From the NCBI RefSeq assembly GCF_047971185.1, contig NZ_JBKDZH010000031.1:1415-33414 (forward strand): DNA of 32,000 nt. The letters are read 5' to 3'. Below, in pieces: positions 9,723 to 21,195 of this stretch. The notes beneath the pieces were generated by a model. It had not been told where the DNA came from, searched no databases, and was given only the letters and a program-made list of their open reading frames with translations. The stretch comes from Kluyvera sp. (GTDB lineage: Bacteria > Pseudomonadota > Gammaproteobacteria > Enterobacterales > Enterobacteriaceae). The translations under genes were made by a program, and so were the position numbers. Position 1 is the stretch's first letter. The number at the start of each line of letters is the position of its first letter.

Positions 9723-9808
9723 TGGTGCGAGGGGGGGGACTCGAACCCCCACATCCTAAGGACACTAACACCTGAAGCTAGCGCGTCTACCAATTCCGCC
9801 ACCTTCGC
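9723..9808 (-). tRNA. leuT: tRNA-Leu (anticodon CAG), class II with a long variable arm
   Basis: Minus strand: GCGAAGGTGGCGGAATTGGTAGACGCGCTAGCTTCAGGTGTTAGTGTCCTTAGGATGTGGGGGTTCGAGTCCCCCCCCTCGCACCA, 86 nt. Confidence 0.96.
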
Positions 9809-9831
9809 AAATTCACAACTCTATCAAATAA

Positions 9832-9908
9832 TGGGGTGGCTAATGGGATTCGAACCCACGACAACTGGAATCACAATCCAGGGCTCTACCAACTGAGCTA
9901 TAGCCACC
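9832..9908 (-). tRNA. hisR: tRNA-His (anticodon GUG), with the extra 5' G(-1)
   Basis: Minus strand: GGTGGCTATAGCTCAGTTGGTAGAGCCCTGGATTGTGATTCCAGTTGTCGTGGGTTCGAATCCCATTAGCCACCCCA, 77 nt. Confidence 0.97.
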
Positions 9909-9965
9909 ACTACAAATCTTTTACGCGGTCTAAAAAAAACCACCGCAGCTCCAGCACCGGGTAAA

Positions 9966-10042
<77 letters not shown>

Positions 10043-10063
10043 TTAGCGCCGTTGCGGGGTCGG

Positions 10064-10092
10064 ATAATACGGACTTCCTACCCCGCTGTCTA
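10064..10092 (-). promoter_or_regulatory. Promoter of the argX-hisR-leuT-proM tRNA operon, with a stringent-type discriminator
   Basis: On the minus strand: -35 TAGACA (10092-10087), an exact 17-nt spacer, then -10 TATTAT (10069-10064). A GC-rich discriminator CCGACCCCGC follows, and an AT-rich UP-like tract (TTTCTTTAAAAAGG) lies upstream. The promoter ends about 22 nt before the mature argX 5' end. Confidence 0.7.
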
Positions 10093-10144
10093 GTGCCTTT
10101 TTAAAGAAAATTATCGTTTGCTCATGGTTTGTGCGTTTTGCTGC

Positions 10145-11530
10145 TTATTTCTGCACTTTTTGCACTTCAACGCCCTTGCCCATGCCAAAAACCTTATAAA
10201 CCACGGTTACGATGGCCAAAAACAGCGCGCCCACAAACAGCGACATACGGGTATCGTCATTGATTCCCATGCCAATCAGCACGCAAATCAGGAACGCCAT
10301 GGTCAAATAGTTGGCCCACGGGAACATAATCGAGCGGAACGGATGGCTGGCAATCGCTTTTTTATGCGCGCGGCGGAAACGCAGCTGGCTAATCAGGATA
10401 ACAAACCACGGCACCATCCCCGGCAGCACGCTGGCGCTGTAGACGTAGACGAACACCCGCTGTGGGTTAGGAATAATGTAGTTGAGGCACGAGCCAATCA
10501 GCAGGATAACGATCGACACGCTCACCCCGGCTGCCGGTACGCCGCTTTTGCTGACTTTCGCCATCAACGCAGGCAGCTGACGATTTTTCGCCAGCGCGTA
10601 AAGCATGCGCCCGCAGCTGTACATTCCGCTATTACAGCCAGACAGCGCCGCGGTCAGCACCACAAAGTTGATAATCCCCGCCGCGGCGGTAATACCGATT
10701 TTGGCGAAGGTCAGCACGAACGGGCTGCCGTTGGTGCCAATCTCGTTCCACGGGAAGATGGTGACGATAACGAAAATCGCGCCGACGTAGAAAATCAGGA
10801 TTCGCCACAGCACTTTGCCAACCGCGCTGCGCAGCGTGACCTGCGGATTTTTGGCTTCACCGGCGGTCATGCCGATCAGCTCCACGCCCTGGTAAGAAGC
10901 CACGACAATGCACAGCGCCGTCAGGAAGCCCTTCCATCCCCCGGCGAAGAAGCCGCCGTGCTCGGTCAGGTTGCTAAACCCAATGGCGGTACCGCCGTTG
11001 CCAAAACCAAAGAAAATGACGCCAAGGCCAATCACGATCATCACGATAATGGTGGTGACCTTAATCATCGCGAACCAGAACTCAATTTCTCCGTACAGTC
11101 GTACCGCCGCCAGGTTCGCCAGCGCCACCAGCCCGACGGCAATCAGCGCCGGGATCCACTGCGCCATTTCCGGGAACCAGAACTGGACGTACACCCCTAT
11201 CGCCGTGATCTCCGAAATGCCAACCGCCATCCACATAAACCAGTAGGACCAGGCGGTGAGATAGCCGAAAAACGGGCTCATATAACGGTGAGCATAAACG
11301 GCAAACGAGCCGGTGACCGGTTCGATATACAGCATTTCGCCCATTGAGCGCATGATGAAGAAAACAAATACCCCGGCCAGAATGTAGGCCAGCAGCACCG
11401 ACGGCCCGGCCCACTTCAGGGTACTGGCCGCCCCCATAAACAGGCCCACGCCGATGGTGCCGCCAAGGGCAATCAATTCGATATGACGGGCTTCCAGACC
11501 GCGCTGGAGCTCCGGTTTATTCTCTGCCAT
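10145..11530 (-). CDS. yifK: APC-family amino acid permease YifK (reported as a Thr/Ser transporter in E. coli)
   Basis: 461 aa, [33 protein letters not shown]..., which carries the amino acid permease N-terminal signature. It has about 12 hydrophobic segments and an AGGA SD 3 nt upstream of the ATG. It matches E. coli yifK in length and position. Confidence 0.93.
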   Translation of the reverse strand: MAENKPELQRGLEARHIELIALGGTIGVGLFMGAASTLKWAGPSVLLAYILAGVFVFFIMRSMGEMLYIEPVTGSFAVYAHRYMSPFFGYLTAWSYWFMWMAVGISEITAIGVYVQFWFPEMAQWIPALIAVGLVALANLAAVRLYGEIEFWFAMIKVTTIIVMIVIGLGVIFFGFGNGGTAIGFSNLTEHGGFFAGGWKGFLTALCIVVASYQGVELIGMTAGEAKNPQVTLRSAVGKVLWRILIFYVGAIFVIVTIFPWNEIGTNGSPFVLTFAKIGITAAAGIINFVVLTAALSGCNSGMYSCGRMLYALAKNRQLPALMAKVSKSGVPAAGVSVSIVILLIGSCLNYIIPNPQRVFVYVYSASVLPGMVPWFVILISQLRFRRAHKKAIASHPFRSIMFPWANYLTMAFLICVLIGMGINDDTRMSLFVGALFLAIVTVVYKVFGMGKGVEVQKVQK

Positions 11531-11711
11531 AAATCCTCTTGCGTTTGCATAGATATCCGGTCGATGCCGGTTTTATTTTTATAGAAAAAAAGATGTTGTT
11601 CGGATGTGGACGTATCAGTAGAAATACGGATACATCGTCAGGGCAGGCGAATGGTTTAACAATTTCGATTAAATGGCAAATATAAATGAGGGATAACGTA
11701 TCGATATTGTG

Positions 11712-11742
11712 AATGAATCACGCAGGAAATGCGTGATTCATT
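11712..11742 (-). terminator. Hairpin at the 3' end of the ECA (wec) operon
   Basis: Perfect 13-bp stem AATGAATCACGCA-(5-nt loop)-TGCGTGATTCATT, starting 21 nt after the wecG stop. There is no U-tract on the minus strand (it is followed by CACAATATCG), so it is not a canonical intrinsic terminator. Confidence 0.45.
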
Positions 11743-11762
11743 GCCAATAACACGCAGACTAT

Positions 11763-12503
11763 TCAGAGGTTATTGGTGTAATGCCAGCGTAAATAGCGCA
11801 GCAGACGCAGCTGACGGGTGAGACGACTTGGCTGGGAGAGCAGACGATAAAGCCACTCCAGCCCCAGGTTTTGCCACACCTTCGGCGCCCGTTTGACATG
11901 CCCGGTGAAGACATCGTAGGTCCCCCCCACGCCCATATAGAGCGCGTCAGGATAGATCTGACGGCAATCACGCATCAGGATCTCCTGCTTCGGCGAGCCC
12001 ATCGCGACGGTCACGATTTTGGCCCCGCTGTCGCGGATGCGCTCAAACAGCGCCGGACGCTGCTCGGCGGTAAAGTAGCCGTCCTGGGTGCCCACCAGAT
12101 TGACGTTCCACCGCTGGCGCAGCTTTTGCGCCGTTTCGGCCAGCACCTCCGGCTTGCCGCCGACAAGGAACACCGGCGTTCCTTCTGCGCCCGCGCGCGC
12201 CATCAGCGCCTCCCACAGATCGGCGCCCGCCACGCGCGACACGTTGGCCTGCGGATACTTCTTGCGTACCGATCGCACCACCGAAATCCCGTCGGCATAC
12301 TTAAACTCTGCGGCGGTAATCAGCTCGCGCACTTCCGCGTTATCTTCCAGCGTCAGCATCTTCTCGGCGTTGATCGCCACCAGCGTCCCCGGCCTCAGGT
12401 TGCCGTCCGCGTACAGGTAGTCCAGCGCGTGCTGCATATTGCGCCAGCCAATAAGGTTAATCCCGCGTAGGGCGTAAGTCGGCGCGGTCTGTAAGTCAGC
12501 CAT
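11763..12503 (-). CDS. wecG: UDP-ManNAcA:lipid I ManNAcA transferase (ECA lipid II synthesis)
   Basis: 246 aa from the ATG at 12503 ([20 protein letters not shown]...), the same length as E. coli WecG/RffM. It belongs to the WecG/TagA/CpsF family. The track start is a TTG at 12518, which would overlap wzyE. Confidence 0.92.
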   Translation of the reverse strand: MADLQTAPTYALRGINLIGWRNMQHALDYLYADGNLRPGTLVAINAEKMLTLEDNAEVRELITAAEFKYADGISVVRSVRKKYPQANVSRVAGADLWEALMARAGAEGTPVFLVGGKPEVLAETAQKLRQRWNVNLVGTQDGYFTAEQRPALFERIRDSGAKIVTVAMGSPKQEILMRDCRQIYPDALYMGVGGTYDVFTGHVKRAPKVWQNLGLEWLYRLLSQPSRLTRQLRLLRYLRWHYTNNL

Positions 12504-12504
12504 T

Positions 12505-13854
12505 TTATCCTTCTCCAACGTGCGAAGGGCGTGTTAGCCGCTGATGAATCAGCCCCGCGCTCTCAAACAACCAGTACAACAGTTTCGCCACCAGCAAACA
12601 GAAGCCAAAGATAACCATAAAGAACACCACGCGAGAGCCGAAAGAGTCCAGCCCCTCGCGCGCCAGCACAATCATGTTGAAAATCGCGCCAAAGCAGAAG
12701 CTGTGCAGGATGGCCGACTTATAGCGGTTCGGCTCCTGGTTGCCCAGCATATACAGCCAGTCGAACCATTTGATAATCAGCCCCACCGCGACGGCGCCCA
12801 GCGGCACAAACCACACGCCGCCCATCACCACCAGCGAGCCAATCAGCGTCGGTGAGATGGCCAGGCCGGAGTGGTTGTTGAGCACTTCCCAGGTAAAGTA
12901 GTTGGCGGTGTTCAGCACGATGCTCGGGCGCGACGGCCACAGCCAGCTGGGGATAAAGACGTAGAAGTCGCGCACCATCGGCGCCAGCCCCTGGAAGTCT
13001 ATCTTGTCGTAGTTTTGCAGCAGCAGCGCCAGGTTCTCCCACGGCGAGAAGGTATCGCGCGTGAGATAGAGGAAGGTGTAAAACGCCTCGTCGCCGCTGA
13101 CGTTCATACCGTAGCGCTTCAGCGCCAGCCAGAACATGCCGACGATGCCCAGCACACCCGCCGCAACCAGCATCCACAGCGAAATCCAGCCGCGGATAAT
13201 GCCGATAAACAGAAAGATCGCAAAGGCGATGATGATATTGGCGCGCGTGCCGCCGACGATGGCATAGGTCAGCAGGCCAAAAGCCACGGTGGCAATCAGG
13301 AAGCCAATCCACGCTTTAAAGCCCGGCTTGAGGAAATAGACCACCAGCATCGCCGGAATAAAGAAGTAGAAGAAGCGCTTAAGCGCGACCCCGGACACTT
13401 CGCTGGAGAATATCTGGCTGTAGGAATGCAGCTTAAACAGCAGGAAACCGTTATGCAGGAAGAAGGTGCCAACCGTTAACAGCGCCAACCCCATCAGCAG
13501 CACCCAGGTAATATGCGTCTCGACCCGATTCATGGTAAACAGCGGGCGGCGCGGTGCCGCCGCATTGGCAGGGCGCAGACGGGTTTTGTAGGTGACGTAG
13601 TACACCGCATAGAAACAGACCGAAATCAGCAGCGTTTGCAGCAGGACGTCGGGCGGAGAGACGCCCACACCAAAGCGAAACACCAGCGTGCAGGTCAGCG
13701 GGAAGCCGAAGAAGAAGGTCAGCAGAAACAGCAACGAGAAGAATACGTTGAAGTTAAAGCGCACGCGGCGAAACTCGAACCACGTCAGGGTGCCGATAAA
13801 CAGCGTCGACAGCAGCCAGACGACGAACAGCCCGGTAAACTGCATTTCGCTCAT
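12505..13854 (-). CDS. wzyE: ECA polysaccharide polymerase
   Basis: 450 aa from the ATG at 13854 ([19 protein letters not shown]...), collinear with E. coli WzyE and polytopic. An ATGA overlap with the wecF stop is present. The 13 extra codons in the track ([13 protein letters not shown]) are an out-of-frame read of the wecF 3' end. Confidence 0.93.
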   Translation of the reverse strand: MSEMQFTGLFVVWLLSTLFIGTLTWFEFRRVRFNFNVFFSLLFLLTFFFGFPLTCTLVFRFGVGVSPPDVLLQTLLISVCFYAVYYVTYKTRLRPANAAAPRRPLFTMNRVETHITWVLLMGLALLTVGTFFLHNGFLLFKLHSYSQIFSSEVSGVALKRFFYFFIPAMLVVYFLKPGFKAWIGFLIATVAFGLLTYAIVGGTRANIIIAFAIFLFIGIIRGWISLWMLVAAGVLGIVGMFWLALKRYGMNVSGDEAFYTFLYLTRDTFSPWENLALLLQNYDKIDFQGLAPMVRDFYVFIPSWLWPSRPSIVLNTANYFTWEVLNNHSGLAISPTLIGSLVVMGGVWFVPLGAVAVGLIIKWFDWLYMLGNQEPNRYKSAILHSFCFGAIFNMIVLAREGLDSFGSRVVFFMVIFGFCLLVAKLLYWLFESAGLIHQRLTRPSHVGEG

Positions 13855-14930
13855 ACCGCCTCCCCCGCCGCCAGCCGCAGCGCCCGATGCCACGGCGCCA
13901 GATAGTTAGGTTTGAAAAAGGCGATGGCGTTTTTGTCCACCAGCGCCAGCTGACGCTGGGCTTCACGCACCACCGGTACGGTGAGCGCATCATCGGTAAA
14001 CAGCACCGGAATATTTTGCTCAGCCATGTCCAGCCAGAAGGGGTTCTGACGGTTCAGTACGCAGGGAACGCCTGCCTGAATAAGCAGGCACAGCGTGCCA
14101 ATGCCCTGCTGGCGCGCAAAAATAAAATAGCCCAAATCGCAGCGGCGCAATAGCGCAAGGTAGGCGTCAAATTCCAGCTTTTCACGCAGAATTTGCACAT
14201 TTTCTTTGCTAAACAACGCCTGAGCGGCGCTGTCTACCTCGGCAATATAAGCGTCGTTGTTGGCCGGATAACCCATCGGTACAATCACGTTAACCGTGTC
14301 GCCAAACTGCTGGTGCACCGCCTTTAGCGCGGCAACGTGCTCGTTGCTGCGATCGCCAGAATTGCCCACCAGAATGGTCAGTTTGCCGTCGCGCGGCGTG
14401 GCATCGGCCAGCGAATTGAGCGACGGATCCATACGCGTCGGGAAATAGAGCCGTTCGCCGGGCACCTGCGGGTGCATATTGCCGAAATAGCTCAGGTCGC
14501 CGCAGGTGGCGAATACACGCCCCACGCGCCCTTGCGCCTTACGGCGCAGCGGGTAAAACAGGCGGAACTTCAGGCCGCGGGAGACTTCATACAAATCCGC
14601 GCCCCAGATATGCCAGCTCACCTGCGATGGCTTGAGGCCACCGCTCAGCAGCGCCAGCCAGATGCCGGTATTAAACTGACCGTGGAAGAAAAATCGCTGC
14701 TGACGATTCGCTTTCGCCTTCGCCACTACGGCTTTCGCCAGCGCCGATTTGTCGGCGAATCGTTCAATGATCAGCGAAGGAAATGCGGCCGCCAGGCCGT
14801 CGTCCTGGCTGACCACCATAAACTGACGGGCGTGTGCAGGCTCTGCGGCCAGCTCATCGGCAAAAAACCGCAGCACCGTCTGGTTATGATGAGGGATATC
14901 CGATCCCAGGATGTGTATCAGTTCGGTCAT
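13851..14930 (-). CDS. wecF: TDP-Fuc4NAc:lipid II Fuc4NAc transferase
   Basis: 359 aa, [23 protein letters not shown]..., the same length as and collinear with E. coli WecF/RffT. It has an ATGA overlap with wzxE. Confidence 0.93.
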   Translation of the reverse strand: MTELIHILGSDIPHHNQTVLRFFADELAAEPAHARQFMVVSQDDGLAAAFPSLIIERFADKSALAKAVVAKAKANRQQRFFFHGQFNTGIWLALLSGGLKPSQVSWHIWGADLYEVSRGLKFRLFYPLRRKAQGRVGRVFATCGDLSYFGNMHPQVPGERLYFPTRMDPSLNSLADATPRDGKLTILVGNSGDRSNEHVAALKAVHQQFGDTVNVIVPMGYPANNDAYIAEVDSAAQALFSKENVQILREKLEFDAYLALLRRCDLGYFIFARQQGIGTLCLLIQAGVPCVLNRQNPFWLDMAEQNIPVLFTDDALTVPVVREAQRQLALVDKNAIAFFKPNYLAPWHRALRLAAGEAV

Positions 14931-16177
14931 TGCCGTTTACGCCAAATTAAAAATACGCCGCTACACAGCGTGAAATAAACAATATAGGTCGCCATATAGG
15001 CCTGCGCCGCTCCCAGCGCGCCGTGCGCCGGAATCAGCCAGTGCGAAAACGCCGTCAGCAACGTGAACTGGCTCAGCTCCGCCAGAATGTAGAAGCGCAG
15101 CGAGGCCTTAGCGATGACTAAATAACCAAAAACGTAAGCGCCTACTTTCAATACATCGCCCACCAGCTGCCACGCGAAGAGGTCACGCATGGCGACAAAC
15201 TTCGCGGAGAACAGCAGCCAGATAGCAAAGTCACGCAGCAACCAGACGGTCAGGCTCGCGGCGGCTACCGCCGGTAAAACAAACTTCAGCGAGCGGCCAA
15301 TTTCGCGGGAAATATCCTGCTTCGTCACCAGCCGCGATAATGTAGGTAACAGGTAAACGCTAAACGAAGCGGTAATAAACTGCAGATAAGCGTCAGAGAT
15401 ACTGCTGACGCCCTGCCAGATCCCCACTTCGTCCCAGCTGTAATGCGCCGCCATCAGGTTTCGCATCATCACGTAGGCCACCGGCATGGTTACCGAGGTG
15501 ATCAGCGCCATCAGGGTAAATTTCCCCAGCTGGCTCGCCAGCGCCTTGTCCCACTGCGGCTTGAGATAGCGCCACGGAATCACCCCGCGTCGGGTCAGCA
15601 TCACCGCCGCCGGAATGACGATCAGCGCCGGCACCAGCGCCAGCCCCAACAGCGCGCCCTCATAGCCACCCAATTGGTAACAGGCGTAGTAGGCCACCAC
15701 GCCAATCAGGCTGCCGGCAATCAGCGATAGCGCGTTGCCCGCCGCATCGCGAAAGCCTTTCATCAGCGCCAGCAGCAGGTTGGCCCACGCGATACCCATC
15801 TGCACCAGCGCCACCAGCCGGACCAGCCCCTGGTAATGGGTATGACCGAACAGGCCCTGACTTATCGGCGCGGCCGCCAGCAGGAAGATCGCCGCCAGCA
15901 GCGTCGAGAACCCCAGCACCATCGCCGAGGAGGTCCCGACCACCTGGCGCAGGCGCGCCGGGTCATCGTGATGCTGGGCGACAAGCTTAGTTACCCCATT
16001 AAAAATACCGGCCCCGGCCAGTACGCCAAGCACGGTCACCAGCTGGCGGAAGTTACCCGCCTGGCCGACGCCCGAAGGGCCAAACGACACCGCCAGCAGC
16101 TTTACCACCAGCAGGCCAACGCCAATTTTTACCAGCGTGGACGCGGCGGTCCACACAGAAGCTTTTGCCAGTGACAT
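14927..16177 (-). CDS. wzxE: ECA lipid III flippase (MOP/Wzx family)
   Basis: 416 aa, [24 protein letters not shown]..., with about 12 TM segments and the same length as E. coli WzxE. Confidence 0.93.
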   Translation of the reverse strand: MSLAKASVWTAASTLVKIGVGLLVVKLLAVSFGPSGVGQAGNFRQLVTVLGVLAGAGIFNGVTKLVAQHHDDPARLRQVVGTSSAMVLGFSTLLAAIFLLAAAPISQGLFGHTHYQGLVRLVALVQMGIAWANLLLALMKGFRDAAGNALSLIAGSLIGVVAYYACYQLGGYEGALLGLALVPALIVIPAAVMLTRRGVIPWRYLKPQWDKALASQLGKFTLMALITSVTMPVAYVMMRNLMAAHYSWDEVGIWQGVSSISDAYLQFITASFSVYLLPTLSRLVTKQDISREIGRSLKFVLPAVAAASLTVWLLRDFAIWLLFSAKFVAMRDLFAWQLVGDVLKVGAYVFGYLVIAKASLRFYILAELSQFTLLTAFSHWLIPAHGALGAAQAYMATYIVYFTLCSGVFLIWRKRQ

Positions 16178-16178
16178 A

Positions 16179-17309
16179 TCAGGCGAAATAGCTCAGCAGC
16201 GTGTTAATCACCGTACGCTGATCGACCGTCGACAGGTTGTAGAACAGCGGCAAGCGCAGTAAACGCTCACTTTCTTTGGTCGTAAAGCGGTCTTCGCCGT
16301 GGAACTCGCCAAATTTCTCGCCCGCCGGGCAAGAGTGCAGCGGAATGTAGTGGAACACCGCCAGAATCTCGGCCTCTTTCAGCCAGCTTATCAGCGCGCT
16401 ACGGTCTTCAACGTCGCGCAGCTTGATGTAAAACATATGCGCGTTATGGCCGCAGCCTTCCGGAATAACCGGCAAGTCAATACGCCCGGCTTCGGCCAGC
16501 GGCTGCAATGCGTTGTAGTAGTTCTGCCACAGCGAGAGACGCTGTTGATTAATACGGTCGGCGGCCTCCAGTTGCGCCCACAGATAGGCGGCCTGCAAAT
16601 CGGACATCAGGTAGCTGGAACCGATATCGCGCCAGGTGTACTTATCCACCAGCCCGCGGAAAAACTGGCTGCGGTTGGTGCCTTTTTCGCGGATGATTTC
16701 CGCCCGCTCGACCAGCGCGCGATCGTTAATCAGCGTTGCGCCGCCTTCGCCACCCGCCGTGTAGTTTTTGGTTTCGTGGAAGCTGAAGCAGCCAATGTGG
16801 CCGATAGAGCCCAGCGCGCGGCCTTTGTAGGTCGACATCACGCCCTGTGCGGCGTCTTCCACCACGAACAGGTTGTATTTCTTCGCCAGCGCCATGATGG
16901 TGTCCATTTCACAGGCCACGCCCGCGTAGTGCACCGGCACGATAGCGCGGGTTTTATCGGTGATTGCCGCTTCAATCCGCGTTTCGTCGATGTTCATCGT
17001 CTCTTTATGCACGTCGACAAAGACAATTTTCGCCCCGCGCAGCACGAAGGCATTGGCGGTGGAGACAAAGGTATAGCTCGGCATGATCACTTCGTCGCCC
17101 GGCTGGATATCCAGCAGGATCGCCGCCATCTCCAGCGACGCGGTGCAGGACGGGGTCAGCAGAACTTTGGCGCTGCCGAAGCGCTGTTCCATCCACTGCT
17201 GGCAGCGACGGGTGAAGCCGCCGTCGCCGCACAGCTTGCCGCTGCCCATCGCGGACTGCATGTAATCGAGTTCGGTACCCACTACCGGTGGGGCGTTAAA
17301 TGGGATCAT
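16179..17309 (-). CDS. wecE: dTDP-4-amino-4,6-dideoxygalactose transaminase (DegT/DnrJ/EryC1 family, PLP-dependent)
   Basis: 376 aa with the PLP-Lys context SFHETKN. It matches E. coli WecE/RffA in position and length. Confidence 0.93.
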   Translation of the reverse strand: MIPFNAPPVVGTELDYMQSAMGSGKLCGDGGFTRRCQQWMEQRFGSAKVLLTPSCTASLEMAAILLDIQPGDEVIMPSYTFVSTANAFVLRGAKIVFVDVHKETMNIDETRIEAAITDKTRAIVPVHYAGVACEMDTIMALAKKYNLFVVEDAAQGVMSTYKGRALGSIGHIGCFSFHETKNYTAGGEGGATLINDRALVERAEIIREKGTNRSQFFRGLVDKYTWRDIGSSYLMSDLQAAYLWAQLEAADRINQQRLSLWQNYYNALQPLAEAGRIDLPVIPEGCGHNAHMFYIKLRDVEDRSALISWLKEAEILAVFHYIPLHSCPAGEKFGEFHGEDRFTTKESERLLRLPLFYNLSTVDQRTVINTLLSYFA

Positions 17310-17313
17310 GGTG

Positions 17314-17988
17314 TCACCTGTATAGCCAGTACGCGGTGCTGACGACGTTAGCGCCGCTGTGAATATAGCGTTGAAGTGCTGCGGTATTGCCGGCTTGCGT
17401 CGCCACCCGTAGCGTCGTTAGGCCGCGAGTATACGCCCAGCGTATCGCAGCCTGCATCAGTTGTGCGCCCGCGCCGCGTCCGGCCAGCAGGCCGATGCGC
17501 GCGTCGGAGGCGCTGAGTTCTCGTAGGGAAACAAACGCGCGGATAGCGCCATGCTCGTCACGGAATACCAGGCACTGGTTATCGAAAGTGCCTTTGACCG
17601 CGTTTTCTATCCACTGCGCATAGAAACGACCGCTGGCGTCGGGCGCATACCACGGCGCGCGAAAGCGGCTTAACGCAAAGGCCTGTGCTGCCAGCGCGCG
17701 TAATGCCGGGATATCCGACTCGATAGCCACCTGCGCCTGCGGGCAATCCACCGACGTGACGGGCAGCGCCAGATCGACCTCGCCCTCCACCAGCTGAAAG
17801 CCCAGCGCCTGAAGCGCATCCAGCTGCGCGACCTGGTGCGCGGCAATCTTCGCCTGTACGCGCGACCAGCCCGCCAGCCGTTCAGCGGTCAGCAATGGCG
17901 CATCGTCGGCAAAGCGGACGATGGCGCTATTGACGCCAAAAAACTGATTTTCCCACGTCAGGGGCTCAATATTGGCGTGGACGGGCAC
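17314..17988 (-). CDS. wecD: dTDP-fucosamine acetyltransferase (GNAT)
   Basis: 224 aa from the GTG at 17988 ([24 protein letters not shown]...). The GNAT motif [11 protein letters not shown] is present. It overlaps the rffH 3' end by 23 nt. Confidence 0.9.
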   Translation of the reverse strand: MPVHANIEPLTWENQFFGVNSAIVRFADDAPLLTAERLAGWSRVQAKIAAHQVAQLDALQALGFQLVEGEVDLALPVTSVDCPQAQVAIESDIPALRALAAQAFALSRFRAPWYAPDASGRFYAQWIENAVKGTFDNQCLVFRDEHGAIRAFVSLRELSASDARIGLLAGRGAGAQLMQAAIRWAYTRGLTTLRVATQAGNTAALQRYIHSGANVVSTAYWLYR

Positions 17989-18847
17989 GGAGCAACTCCA
18001 GCAGATATTGGCCGTAGCCGGTTTTCGCCAGCCCGGCGGCGGCGCGCTTCACGCCTTCGTCGTCGAGCCAGCCGTTACGCCAGGCAATCTCTTCCAGACA
18101 GGCGATTTTAAAGCCCTGACGTTTTTCGACCGTCTGCACAAACATGCTCGCTTCAATCAGGCTGTCGTGGGTGCCGGTATCCAGCCAGGCAAAACCGCGC
18201 CCCAGCAGCTCAACGGTCAGCTTACCGTCGTCAAGATACATCTGGTTGATAGAGGTGATTTCCAGCTCGCCGCGCTCGGAGGGCTTCACCCGCTTCGCGT
18301 ATTCCACCACGTTATTGTCGTAGAAATAGAGTCCGGTCACCGCCCAGTTCGATTTCGGCTGTTTCGGTTTTTCTTCCAGCGACAGCGCCTGGAAGTTGTC
18401 ATCAAACTCCACCACCCCGAAACGTTCCGGGTCCATCACCTGATAGCCAAACACCGTCGCCCCTTCGCTGCGTGCCGCGACATGGCGCAGTTTCGGGCTA
18501 AAGCCCTGGCCGAAGAAGATGTTATCGCCCAGCACCAGGCACGACGGCTCGCCGTTGAGGAAGGTTTCGCCAATGATAAACGCCTGCGCCAGCCCGTCCG
18601 GGCTTGGCTGCTCGGCGTACTGTAGCGAAATACCAAATTCGCTGCCGTCACCCAGCAGGCGCTGGAAGTAGCTTTTGTCTTCCGGGGTGGTGATGATCAA
18701 AATGTCGCGGATCCCCGCCAGCATCAGCACCGACAGCGGATAGTAGATCATCGGCTTATCGTAAATCGGCAGCAGCTGTTTCGACACGCCGCGGGTGATC
18801 GGATGCAGGCGCGTGCCCGATCCGCCAGCCAGAATAATGCCTTTCAT
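17966..18847 (-). CDS. rffH: Glucose-1-phosphate thymidylyltransferase 2
   Basis: 293 aa, [18 protein letters not shown]..., carrying the GGxGTRL nucleotidyltransferase signature. Confidence 0.94.
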   Translation of the reverse strand: MKGIILAGGSGTRLHPITRGVSKQLLPIYDKPMIYYPLSVLMLAGIRDILIITTPEDKSYFQRLLGDGSEFGISLQYAEQPSPDGLAQAFIIGETFLNGEPSCLVLGDNIFFGQGFSPKLRHVAARSEGATVFGYQVMDPERFGVVEFDDNFQALSLEEKPKQPKSNWAVTGLYFYDNNVVEYAKRVKPSERGELEITSINQMYLDDGKLTVELLGRGFAWLDTGTHDSLIEASMFVQTVEKRQGFKIACLEEIAWRNGWLDDEGVKRAAAGLAKTGYGQYLLELLRARPRQY

Positions 18848-18868
18848 TTGCTTTCCTCCTCCGGGAGA

Positions 18869-19936
18869 TTAACCCTTCAGACCCAAACGCTCACCCTGGT
18901 AGCTGCCGTCCTGTACCTGCTTCCACCAGCTTTCGTTAGCGAGGTACCACTGCACCGTTTTACGCATGCCGCTTTCAAACGTCTCTGCTGGCGTCCAGCC
19001 CAGCTCGCGGGCGATTTTCGCCGCGTCGATGGCGTAGCGTAAATCGTGGCCGGGGCGGTCGGCGACAAAGGTAATCAGGTCATGGTAATGCGCAAGGCCC
19101 TGCGGCTTTTGCGGTACCAGCTCTTCCAGCAGCGTACAGATGATCTCGACCACCTCGATATTTTTACGCTCGTTATGGCCGCCGATGTTGTAGGTTTCGC
19201 CAATACCGCCTTTGGTTGCGACGAGATAAAGTGCGCGGGCGTGGTCATCGACGTACAGCCAGTCGCGGATCTGCTGGCCGTTGCCGTACACCGGCAGCGG
19301 TTTACCCGCCAGCGCGTTGAGGATGGTCAGCGGGATCAGTTTTTCCGGGAAGTGGTACGGGCCGTAGTTGTTGGAACAGTTGGTGATAAGCGTCGGCAGG
19401 CCGTAGGTACGCAGCCAGGCGCGCACCAGATGATCGCTGCTGGCCTTCGACGCGGAATACGGGCTGCTTGGCGCATACGGCGTGGTTTCGGTAAAGAAAT
19501 CGTCCGTCGAATGCAGGTCGCCATACACTTCGTCGGTTGAAATATGGTGGAAGCGGAATGCCGCTTTGCCCGCATCATCCAGCGTCGACCACCACGCGCG
19601 AGCGGCCTCCAGCAGCGTGTAGGTGCCCACGATATTGGTTTCGATAAACGCCGCCGGGCCGTCGATAGAACGGTCGACATGGCTCTCCGCCGCCAGGTGC
19701 ATCACCACGTCCGGGCGATACTGTTCAAAAACGCGGTTCAGCGCCGGACGATCGCAGATATCCACCTGCTCGAAGGCAAAGCGGTCATCGCCCGCCACCG
19801 GCGCTAAAGACGCCAGGTTACCGGCGTAGGTGAGTTTGTCGACCACCACCACGCTGTCGTCAGTGTGGTTGATAATGTGACGCACCACGGCGGAGCCAAT
19901 GAAGCCCGCGCCGCCGGTAACCAGAATACGTTTCAA
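18869..19936 (-). CDS. rffG: dTDP-glucose 4,6-dehydratase 2
   Basis: 355 aa with the Rossmann motif GGAGFIGS and the SDR catalytic motif YSASK. It starts on TTG (19936-19934), forming a TTGA overlap with the wecC stop. Confidence 0.94.
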   Translation of the reverse strand: MKRILVTGGAGFIGSAVVRHIINHTDDSVVVVDKLTYAGNLASLAPVAGDDRFAFEQVDICDRPALNRVFEQYRPDVVMHLAAESHVDRSIDGPAAFIETNIVGTYTLLEAARAWWSTLDDAGKAAFRFHHISTDEVYGDLHSTDDFFTETTPYAPSSPYSASKASSDHLVRAWLRTYGLPTLITNCSNNYGPYHFPEKLIPLTILNALAGKPLPVYGNGQQIRDWLYVDDHARALYLVATKGGIGETYNIGGHNERKNIEVVEIICTLLEELVPQKPQGLAHYHDLITFVADRPGHDLRYAIDAAKIARELGWTPAETFESGMRKTVQWYLANESWWKQVQDGSYQGERLGLKG

Positions 19937-21195
19937 CGCCAGACTCCTTTGGTATCCACGATGAACTGCTGGGCAACCGCGTCGCCGCTGATAGCCTTAA
20001 ACTGTGCGTGATCCACCAGCATGACGATCACATCCGCGCTGGCCAGCGCCGTCTCGAGCGATACCAGCGAGCACAGGCCGTCGAGCTTTTTCGGCAGCTG
20101 ATGAATATTTGGCTCAACCACCAGCGTTTCACCGCTGTGCCACTGGGCGATCAGCTCGGCGATCTCCATCGCCGGGCTTTCACGCAGGTCATCAATATTC
20201 GGTTTAAACGCCAGCCCGAAGCAGGCGATTTTCAGCTCGCTGGCGCGTTTGTCGCTGGCGGCCAGGCAGTCGGCGACGTTGGCTTTCACCTTGTCGATCA
20301 CCCAGAACGGTTTGTGGTCGTTCACTTCGCGCGCGGTGCGGATCAGGCGCGCCTGTTCCGGGTTCTGCGCCACGATAAACCACGGGTCGACGGCGATACA
20401 GTGACCGCCCACGCCCGGGCCTGGCTGGAGAATATTGACGCGCGGATGACGGTTCGCCAGACGAATCAGTTCCCAGACGTTAATCCCCTGATCGGCACAG
20501 ATCAGCGACAGTTCGTTGGCAAACGCGATGTTAACGTCGCGGAAGCTGTTTTCCGTCAGCTTGCACATTTCGGCGGTGCGGGCGTTGGTCACCACGCACT
20601 CGCCTTCGAGGAAAATGTTGTACAGCTCGCTGGCGCGCGCGGAGCACACCGGCGTCATGCCGCCAATGACGCGGTCGTTCTTAATCAGCTCAACCATCAC
20701 CTGCCCCGGCAGCACGCGCTCCGGGCAGTAGGCGATGTTGACATCCGCCTGTTCACCCGCCTGCTGCGGGAAGGTCAGGTCCGGGCGCATCTCGGCCAGC
20801 CAGCCGGCCATCTGTTCGGTCGCGCCGACCGGCGAGGTGGATTCGAGGATCACCAGCGCGCCTTTTTTCAGCACCGGCGCAATGGAACGCGCCGCCGCTT
20901 CGACATACACCATATCCGGCTCATGATCGCCTTTAAACGGCGTCGGCACGGCGATCAGGTAGGCATCCGCCGCTTCCGGCGTGGTGGTCGCCCGCAGATA
21001 GCCGCCCGCCACCGCCGTTTTCACCACCCTGTCGAGATCGGGTTCGACAATATGAATTTCACCGCGGTTGATGGTATCCACCGCGTGTTGATTGATATCG
21101 ACACCCACCACCTGCTTTTGCCGTGAGGCAAACGCCGCCGCTGTAGGAAGGCCGATATAGCCCAGACCGATCACCGAGAGGGTAGAGAAACTCAT
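19933..21195 (-). CDS. wecC: UDP-N-acetyl-D-mannosamine dehydrogenase
   Basis: 420 aa with the N-terminal NAD-binding motif [10 protein letters not shown]. It belongs to the UDP-sugar dehydrogenase family and has an ATGA overlap with wecB. Confidence 0.94.
   Translation of the reverse strand: MSFSTLSVIGLGYIGLPTAAAFASRQKQVVGVDINQHAVDTINRGEIHIVEPDLDRVVKTAVAGGYLRATTTPEAADAYLIAVPTPFKGDHEPDMVYVEAAARSIAPVLKKGALVILESTSPVGATEQMAGWLAEMRPDLTFPQQAGEQADVNIAYCPERVLPGQVMVELIKNDRVIGGMTPVCSARASELYNIFLEGECVVTNARTAEMCKLTENSFRDVNIAFANELSLICADQGINVWELIRLANRHPRVNILQPGPGVGGHCIAVDPWFIVAQNPEQARLIRTAREVNDHKPFWVIDKVKANVADCLAASDKRASELKIACFGLAFKPNIDDLRESPAMEIAELIAQWHSGETLVVEPNIHQLPKKLDGLCSLVSLETALASADVIVMLVDHAQFKAISGDAVAQQFIVDTKGVWR

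Noticed and set aside
9440-9775. ORFs 9440..9775 and 9484..9696 (+) spanning the aslB-tRNA interval.
   Set aside because: They read straight through the tRNA operon terminator, tRNA-Pro and tRNA-Leu on the wrong strand. This is not plausible coding sequence.
10118-11347. Long ORFs antisense to real genes. Examples: 409 aa opposite yifK; 4680..5687 (335 aa) opposite hemY; 16299..17342 (347 aa) opposite wecE; 20008..21126 (372 aa) opposite wecC; 24615..25637 (340 aa) opposite rho; 27110..27913 opposite rhlB; 30243..31439 opposite rep.
   Set aside because: They are mirror-frame artefacts of GC-rich, codon-biased genes. Their translations are low-complexity and R/H/Q/G-rich, they have no RBS, and they lack recognisable motifs. 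In every case the opposite strand encodes a full-length, well-conserved protein.
13855-13893. G-rich run encoding a poly-Gly N-terminal extension of WzyE ([13 protein letters not shown]), considered as a possible slippery or phase-variable tract.
   Set aside because: The tract is the wecF 3' coding end (…RLAAGEAV) read in another frame. It is not a homopolymer (CCGCCTCCCCCGCCGCC), and wzyE starts at the conserved ATG at 13854.
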